32,000 nt of DNA, taken from the NCBI RefSeq assembly GCF_004365815.1, contig NZ_SODD01000025.1:1-32000 (forward strand), read 5' to 3'. The notes beneath the pieces were generated by a model that saw only the letters and a list, made by a program, of their open reading frames with translations, ran no database searches and had not been told where the DNA came from. Source of the stretch: Breznakia blatticola. Its GTDB lineage: Bacteria; Bacillota_I; Bacilli_A; Erysipelotrichales; Erysipelotrichaceae. The position numbers and the translations under genes are program-made. Below, one piece after another: positions 23,085 through 30,928 of the stretch. How positions within the stretch are numbered: position 1 is the first letter of the stretch; each line of letters opens with the position of its first letter.

Positions 23085-23975
23085 CTATTTAATGTTTCGA
23101 ATGTGTCCTTTACTTGTTTCTAATAAAGCTTCTGCTTTAGCTACATCGCAGTTATGTAAAATCATCACTATTGCAACTTTCACTCTATTTCCACTTGCTT
23201 CTATTGCTTGTTCGATTACTTCATCACTTGCATCTGTAACTTCTTTAATGATATTTTTTCCTCTTTGTACAAGTTTTTTATTTGATAGTTTTACATCCAC
23301 CATCAGATTTTCATAAGCTTTTCCTACTCCAACCATCGCTCCTGTTGATAGCATATTTAGGATTAGTTTTTGGGTCGTCCCTGCTTTTAAGCGTGTGGAT
23401 CCAGTTAATACTTCTGGTCCAGGAACTGCTTCGATTGCCAGTTTTGCGACTGCTCCAATTTCACTATTCTTGTTACATGCAATTGCTACTGTATGACATC
23501 CAATTTCATTTGCATATCCTAATGCTTCTATTACATATGGTGTTCTTCCGCTTGCTGCCAATCCAACAATTAAATCATTTTCATTTGCATCAATACGCTT
23601 TAAATCTTCAACACCTTCACTTAATGAATCTTCACTTCCTTCTTTTGCTTTTACGAATGCACTATCTCCTCCAGCAATCAAACCGACAACTGTATCATAT
23701 GACACACCAAATGTTGGTGGACATTCTACTGCATCTAGTACACCTAGACGTCCAGAAGTTCCTGCACCCATATAAATGATTCGTCCACCATTACTTAATG
23801 CTTCAATTCCCCAAGTAATTGCTTGTGCAATTTCAGGAAGTACTTTTTCAATAGCTTCGGGAACTTTTTTATCTTCATCATTCATTTTCTTGGCAAATTC
23901 AAGAGGTGATAAAATATCTAAATCCATTGTATTTGGATTTCTTTGTTCCGTTGTTAATTTCGTTAAATCTATCAT
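23085..23975 (-). CDS. murQ: N-acetylmuramic acid 6-phosphate etherase (copy 2)
   Basis: The protein is identical to copy 1 except V/I, E/G, V/L-type changes (4 of 296). Start placed at MIDLTKL (23975) with AGGAG upstream. The ORF-track 17-aa N-terminal extension overlaps the preceding gene. Confidence 0.9.
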   Translation of the reverse strand: MIDLTKLTTEQRNPNTMDLDILSPLEFAKKMNDEDKKVPEAIEKVLPEIAQAITWGIEALSNGGRIIYMGAGTSGRLGVLDAVECPPTFGVSYDTVVGLIAGGDSAFVKAKEGSEDSLSEGVEDLKRIDANENDLIVGLAASGRTPYVIEALGYANEIGCHTVAIACNKNSEIGAVAKLAIEAVPGPEVLTGSTRLKAGTTQKLILNMLSTGAMVGVGKAYENLMVDVKLSNKKLVQRGKNIIKEVTDASDEVIEQAIEASGNRVKVAIVMILHNCDVAKAEALLETSKGHIRNIK

Positions 23976-23988
23976 GTTTTCTCCTATT
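23085..23988 (-). repeat. Dispersed duplicate B of murQ plus its SD (partner 18340..19243)
   Basis: See the partner entry. Identity extends through GGAGAAAACATG but not further upstream or downstream. Confidence 0.85.
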
Positions 23989-25024
23989 TTTCTACGAACA
24001 TCAGTTTTGTTCCAGGTGTAATACACTCTAATATACTAAGGTAATCTGGATGAACATTACCAATAACATTCACTCTTTCATCAGCAGTGAAATCCTTTTT
24101 TGTTATTTGAATTTCTCCACTGTATCGCAAGTATTTCTTGTTATCTATAGTAATACTTCCATAATCGCGAGATATCGTATTTACTGCTTCTATAATCGCT
24201 CCTTGGCTAGCAAATTCACGACTTTCTTGAAGGCGAATCAGTTTACTAGGAGAATCAATCCGATTGGTAAATACTTGATTTATAAATGGCTTTAATAGCT
24301 CATGAACATTCACTACAGGAATTCGAATTACTTGATCATCTAAGGTATCTGACAGCAATTGATAATCCATAAAGTTCATACCTATATCACCAACGAATAC
24401 GTATTCTGCATAATGATTCCACAAAATTTCTAATGCAGCTACATAACCATTCATATCACGATGTTTTTCTAGTGTTGGTAACCCTTCAAATATAGGTCCT
24501 CTATATTTCTCACCTGGTATAAATGCAATGCTTTTTACTTCGTGTTTTACTAATGTTTCATGCATATCTTTCAGTTGTTTTACATCCAATCCTGTATCTT
24601 TACGGGGATAGAAATTATGCATTGCATATACGCGTCCTTTTGGAAGTTTTTCGATTAATTTCACATCTATCGTTGATGCATTAACTACTAACGGTACTTC
24701 TTTGGCAATTGCAATTGTTTCCTCATCACTAAACCCATAATCCAAACGAACAAGATCAATATCTAATAATTGAATTAAACTATGTACATTTGATAAGCCA
24801 AACTTCGTTAACGTTCTTTTTGAAATATCTGCAATAATTTTTGTATCCTGTTTTTTTAGTAATCGAAACATTTCCTTTACATCTTCAACATATGCATCAT
24901 CATATTCTTCAGCTATATGTAATGATGTAAAAACCATATTACCTTGTAAGGGCAACGTTTGAAGTTGCCCTTTTTGTTCTCTAAATGTTGTTACGTAGTA
25001 TGCAAAACCAATGGTCTTAAGCAC
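23984..25024 (-). CDS. DUF871 family protein, likely MupG-type 6-phospho-N-acetylmuramidase
   Basis: 346 aa. It has an N-terminal TIM-barrel-like segment with the FTSLHIAEE motif. It sits between murP and murQ, as in the S. aureus mupG-murP-murQ context recalled from the literature. It overlaps the murP end by 8 nt. Confidence 0.7.
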   Translation of the reverse strand: MLKTIGFAYYVTTFREQKGQLQTLPLQGNMVFTSLHIAEEYDDAYVEDVKEMFRLLKKQDTKIIADISKRTLTKFGLSNVHSLIQLLDIDLVRLDYGFSDEETIAIAKEVPLVVNASTIDVKLIEKLPKGRVYAMHNFYPRKDTGLDVKQLKDMHETLVKHEVKSIAFIPGEKYRGPIFEGLPTLEKHRDMNGYVAALEILWNHYAEYVFVGDIGMNFMDYQLLSDTLDDQVIRIPVVNVHELLKPFINQVFTNRIDSPSKLIRLQESREFASQGAIIEAVNTISRDYGSITIDNKKYLRYSGEIQITKKDFTADERVNVIGNVHPDYLSILECITPGTKLMFVEK

Positions 25025-26456
25025 GTTCTACTTCTTCCTTCGAAACAAAGAACCAAGTTACAATAAACCCACCGATGTATGCAACAATTAGTCCAATGAA
25101 GTAGTAAAGCATTCCCATTGCACCATTGCTTCCACCTGTCATTAATGGAATTGCTACCATTCCTGAAGGTCCCCATGCAGTTGCCATTACTTTGGTTAAC
25201 ATTACAAATGCTCCACCAAATCCAGCTCCAATTCCAGCTGTAATAAATGGTTTACCCATTGGAAGAGTTACCCCATAGATTAATGGTTCACCAACTCCAA
25301 GGATACCTGCTGGTAATGCACCTACAATAACTTCACGTAGACGTTGATTGTTTGCTTGTTTTGCTTTAATGTAAATCGCGATTGCTGCTCCAACTTGACC
25401 AGCTCCTGCCATTGCTAATACTGGGAATAATGTAACTCCACCTAACTTTTCTAATTGAATTGCATAGATTGGAATTAATCCATGGTGAAGTCCTAATAAC
25501 ACCATTGGTAAGAACAATGCAGATAATACAAATCCTGAGATTACTTGTACTACTGGGTTACTTGAGTTAATAAGGATATTTAATGCACTAATCAAGAGAT
25601 CAGATAAGAAACCTGCGACTGGCATAATCGCAAATACAAAGATCACTCCTGTAATTACGATTGCACAAATTGGTGTTACGATTAAATCTAAGATTTCTGG
25701 TACGACTTTACGTAATCCTTTTTCTACTTTTGCTAAAATCCAAACACCGAAGATAACTCCGATAATTCCACCTTTACCTGTTGTCAGAATTGATTCTAAA
25801 GGTACATCTACATTATACCAACCAAAGAATGTTGATAATGTGATGATTCCAGGTGCAATTGAGATTGCCCCAATCATTCCTCCTAACGCTTCTGTTGCTC
25901 CAAATTGTTTTGCAGCATTTACACCAGTGAAAATAGCAAAGTATGATAGGAATCCAGATCCTAACAATGAAAGTGTTTGTTGGATTAAGAACCATACACT
26001 TGTTTCATTAACAGTAATTACTCCTGATGTTCCAAGTTGTCCAATTAAACTTGCAATACCATTTAATAATCCAGCAGCAATAATTGCTGGAATTAGTGGA
26101 ATAAAGATATTTCCAATTGTACGTAATCCTTGTTTTAATGGTGAGTCTTTTTGATTTGCTTTTACATCCGCTTTGTTTTCTTCCCAACTTGGGTCGATTT
26201 CTCCAGCGTGTACTCCCATTTCATTGATCAGAATATCAGCAACTCTTTTTGCTTTTCCTGGTCCTAGTACAATTTGCATCGTTGCATCTTCAACAACACC
26301 CATTACACCTGATGTTGTCTTCAACTCTTCTAATTGTACTTTACTCATGTCTTTAATTTTCACACGTAAACGTGTCATACAGTTTGCAGCAGTAAGAATA
26401 TTTTCTTTACCACCTAACAGCTCTAATAATTTTGCTGCTAATTCTTGATTATTCAT
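25017..26456 (-). CDS. murP: PTS glucose-superfamily IIBC component, MurNAc(-GlcNAc)-type
   Basis: The IIB domain carries LLGGKENILTAANCMTRLRV (phospho-Cys), followed by a IIC domain of about 10 TM helices. It has no IIA domain. Gene context is murQ/DUF871. Confidence 0.8.
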   Translation of the reverse strand: MNNQELAAKLLELLGGKENILTAANCMTRLRVKIKDMSKVQLEELKTTSGVMGVVEDATMQIVLGPGKAKRVADILINEMGVHAGEIDPSWEENKADVKANQKDSPLKQGLRTIGNIFIPLIPAIIAAGLLNGIASLIGQLGTSGVITVNETSVWFLIQQTLSLLGSGFLSYFAIFTGVNAAKQFGATEALGGMIGAISIAPGIITLSTFFGWYNVDVPLESILTTGKGGIIGVIFGVWILAKVEKGLRKVVPEILDLIVTPICAIVITGVIFVFAIMPVAGFLSDLLISALNILINSSNPVVQVISGFVLSALFLPMVLLGLHHGLIPIYAIQLEKLGGVTLFPVLAMAGAGQVGAAIAIYIKAKQANNQRLREVIVGALPAGILGVGEPLIYGVTLPMGKPFITAGIGAGFGGAFVMLTKVMATAWGPSGMVAIPLMTGGSNGAMGMLYYFIGLIVAYIGGFIVTWFFVSKEEVERA

Positions 26457-26508
26457 TTTGTGTTCTCCTTTTTGTTTCTATTACAATAAATTGCTTTTAA
26501 ACAATTTA

Positions 26509-28860
26509 TTAATAACCCTTGTTATTCAATTTTCTTTTGTTCAAAATATACAACCCTGCACTCAATCCAACAATTAGTAATCCGGCAAAGAACATAATGT
26601 TTGTTTGATCTCCTGTTCCAATTGATGGATCGTTTTTATTTGTATTTGATGACCCTGGTTTTGATGGTTGATCCGTATTCGGTTTGTTTGATGAACCATC
26701 TTTAACAATGTTAGTTACACGTACATTAACTGATCCTTTGTGTCCGTTTTTGTAAACTAGGTTCACAGTTTCTTCAGCGTTTTCTGTGTAAACTTTTTCA
26801 TATTGTTCAACAACACTACGTCCTGTTGACTCCACTTTTGTCCAACCTTCAATATCATTTACTTTTTTACTAACAGAGATAGTTGCTTTTACAGGTCCTT
26901 TAGTTTCTCCGTTTGTATCGTACGCTACTGTAGCAGTTGGTTCTTTTGCATCAACAACTGTAATGTATTTTTTCATTTTCACGTCATGTAAGCCACTATT
27001 ATCATTGTAAAGAGATACATAGTAATCACCCTCTTCACTCGCATTGAAATAGTATGATGCCCCTTTTGCATGCCAGTCAGCAGGTTCTAATAAATCACTT
27101 GATCCTTCTGGACCATCATAATCAGTAGGTACTTCTGGAGCTGGATCCCCACAATCTACTCTTGTGACCTTAAGACTACGATAATCAACTTTTGTAATTT
27201 TCTTATTTGATAGTGGACTTAATAAGTCAACATCAACTTTCACTGTTGGATTTGCTTCAAAATCATTGACGATAACTTCTTTTTCTTCACCAATATTTGG
27301 TAATGAAGATACATATGTGTCAAAGCCAAATGCATCGCGGTAGATTCTTTCAGCAACCATACGGTATGTACTTGCTCCTGTTCCAGAATTCACAAATGAA
27401 TTTGGATATTCAGGACCTACAACTGGGTTGTGTGGTCTATTTCTCATGTATACAACAACAATGTTGTTTTCTGGATCTGCGAATGCGACTGGACCAGACC
27501 ATCCTTGATGTCCAAATGTTGAATAGTCTGCATAGTATGAGAAATATGTTGGCCAGTTTGTTGATCCCCATTGGTAATCTACATCATTTGTATACCATCC
27601 AAGTGCATATGTAGAATTCGTGTATCCACCATCATTAATAATGTCGTTAGGTTCTAAGAACATATCTACTGTTTCTTTATCAAATAATGTAACACCATTG
27701 TAAGTTCCGTTATTTAGCATCAATTGATACAAGATAGCAACATCATGTGGTGTTGAGAAAATTCCAGCATGACCAGCAACTCCTGCTAGTGTGTAGTATG
27801 CTTTTTCATCATGTACTTCTCCACGTAAAGTATATGTTCTCATTCCAGTAAATGCATATTCATTTGCATTATGCCCATCTACTGTACGATATCCATCTCT
27901 TGAGTTTCCGTTGATTTCAGTAGCTGCAATATCTTCTTGAGTGAACCCTTTTTGTAGTGGATTATACATTGTATGCGTCAAACCTAATGGTGCATAAATT
28001 TCATTTTCAACATATTGATCTTGTGGCATTCCAGTAATCGATTCAATAATCAATCCAAGTAACATGTAATCTACATCACTGTAAGCAATTGCCGTTCCAG
28101 GCATGGTAGTAATTGGTGTCTTACATATTGCTTCAAGTGCTTTTGTTCGATCACTTGGATCTGTTTGTGGTTCGATATAGAGCGTATCATACGCTGAACC
28201 AGCAGTTGCAAATCCCATATAGTCTGCAGCAGCCTGACTCTTTAAATAATTATCATTGTGATATTGTGGATCTGGCGCTTGACCTGCTTCATGATGTAGT
28301 AACATCTTTACCGTAATCAAATCCTTATGTTGAAGTGATTGTGCTTCAGGTTTTAACAAGCTTGTAACCTCATCATAATCACGGTATTCAGGAATATATG
28401 TACTTACAGTTGCATCCAAGTCTAACTTACCTTCATACACTAGTTTTTGTAGTGCCAAATTAGTAGATAGCATTTTTGAAACAGATGCCATATCCCACAT
28501 AGTGTTTTCATCAACTGCATCCCAATCACTTTCATCTAGTAAAACAGATTGGTGATCATTAAATATATCGGTTCCTTCTTTGTACTTTGCTTCATAACCA
28601 AAGTAATCTTCATATTGAACCTTACCATCTTTTAAAACCATTACAGCAGATCCAGTATGACCATTGTCAATTAAGTTTTGTACTCCCTCTTTAACTGAAC
28701 TGAAATCATAGTCACTTGCTTCATCAGTGATGATGTTTGGTACAACATCATGACCTTTCATACCCTCTCCAACTCTACTAGCCAATACTGGTGCACTTGC
28801 TATTGTCCCTACATATGCAATTGATAGTGCTCCTAATATCACTTTACGAAAAACATTCAC
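26509..28860 (-). CDS. Surface-anchored beta-lactamase-fold serine hydrolase (AmiE/YbbE-like candidate) with C-terminal Ig-like region and anchor
   Basis: Has a signal peptide. SxxK is present (MASVSKM), along with YSDVDY and a HQGWSG-type third motif. The C-terminus has SIGTGDQT, a hydrophobic helix and a NKRKLNNKGY tail. Start placed at GTG 28860 (GGAGGG 7 nt upstream) rather than the ORF-track TTG at 28896. Confidence 0.8.
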   Translation of the reverse strand: MNVFRKVILGALSIAYVGTIASAPVLASRVGEGMKGHDVVPNIITDEASDYDFSSVKEGVQNLIDNGHTGSAVMVLKDGKVQYEDYFGYEAKYKEGTDIFNDHQSVLLDESDWDAVDENTMWDMASVSKMLSTNLALQKLVYEGKLDLDATVSTYIPEYRDYDEVTSLLKPEAQSLQHKDLITVKMLLHHEAGQAPDPQYHNDNYLKSQAAADYMGFATAGSAYDTLYIEPQTDPSDRTKALEAICKTPITTMPGTAIAYSDVDYMLLGLIIESITGMPQDQYVENEIYAPLGLTHTMYNPLQKGFTQEDIAATEINGNSRDGYRTVDGHNANEYAFTGMRTYTLRGEVHDEKAYYTLAGVAGHAGIFSTPHDVAILYQLMLNNGTYNGVTLFDKETVDMFLEPNDIINDGGYTNSTYALGWYTNDVDYQWGSTNWPTYFSYYADYSTFGHQGWSGPVAFADPENNIVVVYMRNRPHNPVVGPEYPNSFVNSGTGASTYRMVAERIYRDAFGFDTYVSSLPNIGEEKEVIVNDFEANPTVKVDVDLLSPLSNKKITKVDYRSLKVTRVDCGDPAPEVPTDYDGPEGSSDLLEPADWHAKGASYYFNASEEGDYYVSLYNDNSGLHDVKMKKYITVVDAKEPTATVAYDTNGETKGPVKATISVSKKVNDIEGWTKVESTGRSVVEQYEKVYTENAEETVNLVYKNGHKGSVNVRVTNIVKDGSSNKPNTDQPSKPGSSNTNKNDPSIGTGDQTNIMFFAGLLIVGLSAGLYILNKRKLNNKGY

Positions 28861-28994
28861 GTTATTACCCTCCTCGTTAAGTAATCTGTGTTTCAATGTA
28901 GCGCTAATTTTTGATACCTTTGCGTATCATTCAAATTCTGATTTAATTTTTCACATTTCATTGGCCAAATATTCATGTGGAAAAGCGTGGTTTT

Positions 28995-29037
28995 AACAAA
29001 AAAAGAGCCAAAAAACAATAATTGTTTTTTAGCTCTT
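28995..29037 (-). terminator. Leader (attenuator) terminator between the promoter and the hydrolase-murP operon
   Basis: The minus strand reads AGAGCTAAAAAACAA-tta-TTGTTTTTTGGCTCT (14 of 15 pairs) followed by TTTTTTTG. It lies about 25 nt downstream of the predicted TSS and about 135 nt upstream of the first CDS. Confidence 0.65.
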
Positions 29038-29065
29038 GCTCTTTCGATGCACGCCTTACACTTAG

Positions 29066-29094
29066 AATATAGCATAGGTCATTTTTGTTGTCAA
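29066..29094 (-). promoter_or_regulatory. Sigma-A promoter of the MurNAc operon (TTGACA - 17 nt - TATATT)
   Basis: The minus strand reads TTGACAacaaaaatgacctatgcTATATT, 49 nt after the antiterminator stop codon. Confidence 0.6.
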
Positions 29095-29097
29095 ACT

Positions 29098-29112
29098 ACT
29101 TTTTCAAAAAGT
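29098..29112. promoter_or_regulatory. 15-nt palindrome ACTTTTT-C-AAAAAGT abutting the -35 box
   Basis: Read directly from the sequence. The loop is too short for an RNA hairpin, so a protein-binding site is more plausible. Confidence 0.35.
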
Positions 29113-29142
29113 TTTTATCCGTTTGCAATGAATGAAATGCTG

Positions 29143-29997
29143 TTACTGTCTTGCTTTACCCTCTAACATATTCACTAAATGAATCAAGATATATACTCTT
29201 TCTTGCTTCGCTAATTTCACTCCGGTTAAGTCCTCAATGATTTGTAAAATATCATCGCAAATCCCAGTATATTCAGGGTAACTCTTTACCAATGCATCAT
29301 TTACATGTTCGTTCAATTGGCGTTTTTCTTGTTCTGTACCTTCAACTAAAAACCGCAAATGGGTAATAAATCTTAGGTAATTTAAGTCGTCATTTTTAAT
29401 ATCAAACTTATATGTAATCGTAAGTAAATCGTACACTTCACTAATAATGGCATTTAATAAATCTATTGATTTTTCACCACTTTGGATATTTTGGATATGC
29501 AAAGCGATATAACTTACTTCCGCATCTGGAATCATTAGTTCATGTTTTCGATAAATCGCTTGTGATATTTTTTGTGCCTTATCATATGATTCTGGGTAAA
29601 GTGCTTTAATCTCATAAGAGAAAAATTGTTTAATTGCTTCCCCATTTAATATTCTAGTATATGTTGCTGCTAAGTGGTTTGCCAATGTAACGAATGTTGT
29701 ATGATTCACTCCATTTTCTTCATACGCTACAATCAGTTGCACTGTGTCCATGACAATCGAGATGATTTCATCATTAAAACCATTTACTACATTTGAGAAT
29801 TGATTACTCCCTAATGGACTGGAATACATTCTTTCATAAGGTGTCCCTTTTTTTATTTGCATATCTGCCTTTATTCCAAATCCGATTCCCTTTTGGATAA
29901 TTACATATTCTCTAAAACGATCATGTACAATTAGCGAACTATTATTTAAAACTTTTTTCACTTTATAGTTTTTTGTTGTTTGTTGCATGTATATCAT
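29143..29997 (-). CDS. BglG/LicT-family PRD-domain transcription antiterminator
   Basis: The N-terminal CAT-like segment is YKVKKVLNNSSLIVHD..EYVIIQKGIGFG, followed by two PRD-like halves with conserved His (YIALHIQN, YILIHLVN). 284 aa. The exact start is uncertain (29997 or 29988). Confidence 0.85.
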   Translation of the reverse strand: MIYMQQTTKNYKVKKVLNNSSLIVHDRFREYVIIQKGIGFGIKADMQIKKGTPYERMYSSPLGSNQFSNVVNGFNDEIISIVMDTVQLIVAYEENGVNHTTFVTLANHLAATYTRILNGEAIKQFFSYEIKALYPESYDKAQKISQAIYRKHELMIPDAEVSYIALHIQNIQSGEKSIDLLNAIISEVYDLLTITYKFDIKNDDLNYLRFITHLRFLVEGTEQEKRQLNEHVNDALVKSYPEYTGICDDILQIIEDLTGVKLAKQERVYILIHLVNMLEGKARQ

Positions 29998-30075
29998 TTA
30001 TTTCATAAAGGTTGCCTCATTACAAAGACGACCTTTCATTCTCCTTTCATCCCTAACGTAGTACTTCACTCATAC

Positions 30076-30104
30076 ATTATGGACCTTTCATGACAATGTT
30101 TCAA
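30076..30104 (-). promoter_or_regulatory. Candidate promoter of the antiterminator gene (TTGAAA - 17 nt - CATAAT) with an ATGAAAGG box in the spacer
   Basis: The minus strand reads TTGAAAcattgtcATGAAAGGtcCATAAT, about 75 nt upstream of the CDS. Confidence 0.4.
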
Positions 30105-30196
30105 TATTTATATTTATAAAAACAAAAGAATCAATAAGGGTTAAGAAAAGGATTCACCATAATTGGCAAACCCTTTTCATTAATTTTTTTCTTAGA

Positions 30197-30676
30197 TTAC
30201 GCGATTGTTACGCGTCCTTCTTCAGCTAGTTCGCATGCTCCAGCATTAGCTGTAACTGCTTGTCCATCAAGGTTTAAGAAGATAACCATAATGTCAGTTG
30301 CAGGTACTTTAGGTCCAATTGTTTGTAAATCCATTTCTGCAATTGGTTCCCCAGCTACAACTTTTTGACCATCTTTAACTTTGATTGTAAATCCTTCACC
30401 CTTTAGGTTTACTGTGTCAATTCCCATGTGCACCATTACTTCTTTGCCATCATCAGCAACAAGCGTAATCGCGTGTTTTGTTGGGAAAATTGATCCAATC
30501 GTTCCACTTACTGGTGAACAAACTGTTCCTTCACTTGGACGTACTGCAAATCCATCACCCATCGCTTTACTTGCAAACACTTGATCCTCTACTTCTGTAA
30601 TTGGCATCAAAGTTCCTTTTGCTACAGTAACAATTCCTTTTTTTGCTTCAAATTTTGGTTTTCTTTTAAAAAACAT
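30197..30676 (-). CDS. PTS glucose-family IIA component (Crr-like)
   Basis: DQVFASKAMGDGFAV.P, FPTKHAI and VHMGIDTVNLKGEGF are the IIA-Glc His signatures. Start placed at ATG 30676 (GAGGAG 6 nt upstream) rather than the ORF-track GTG at 30694. Confidence 0.85.
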   Translation of the reverse strand: MFFKRKPKFEAKKGIVTVAKGTLMPITEVEDQVFASKAMGDGFAVRPSEGTVCSPVSGTIGSIFPTKHAITLVADDGKEVMVHMGIDTVNLKGEGFTIKVKDGQKVVAGEPIAEMDLQTIGPKVPATDIMVIFLNLDGQAVTANAGACELAEEGRVTIA

Positions 30677-30887
30677 GTCTTTCTCCTCTATCACATCTGT
30701 GTGTTGTCATTTTTTCATCCACTTTTATCATATAGCAAATTGCTAGATTTCTCTAAAATCATGCACGAAAGTATAACTATACATCGATATTTCATTATTT
30801 TTATGCTTATAGAATACCAATAAATTAAAAATGTTTCCACTATTTTAGCAATCTTCACACAAGATTCCAAAATTCATCACTTTTCAT

Positions 30888-30920
30888 TAAAAAAAGATGT
30901 CACACATTTGCATGACATCT
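30888..30920 (-). terminator. Rho-independent terminator after the phosphofructokinase gene
   Basis: The minus strand reads AGATGTCA-(10-nt loop)-TGACATCT followed by TTTTTTT. Confidence 0.6.
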
Positions 30921-30928
30921 AAGTTACA

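Noticed and set aside
28990-29070. Canonical LicT/SacY-type RAT element
   Set aside because: Only the 3' half resembles remembered RAT sequences. The 5' half (AAGTGTAAGGCGTGC) does not fit GGATTGTTACTG, and I could not draw the RAT hairpin. It is therefore reported only as a weak resemblance inside a finding, not as a feature.
28893-29166. Two small ORFs (60 aa minus strand, 63 aa plus strand) in the leader between the antiterminator and the hydrolase gene
   Set aside because: The region is better explained by a promoter, an intrinsic terminator and a 5' UTR. The ORFs cross the terminator stem and lack an SD.
30140-30196. Terminator downstream of the IIA-Glc gene (GAAAAGG ... CCTTTTC)
   Set aside because: The stem is only 7 bp, the loop is about 20 nt and the T-tract is poor. 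This is too weak to call.
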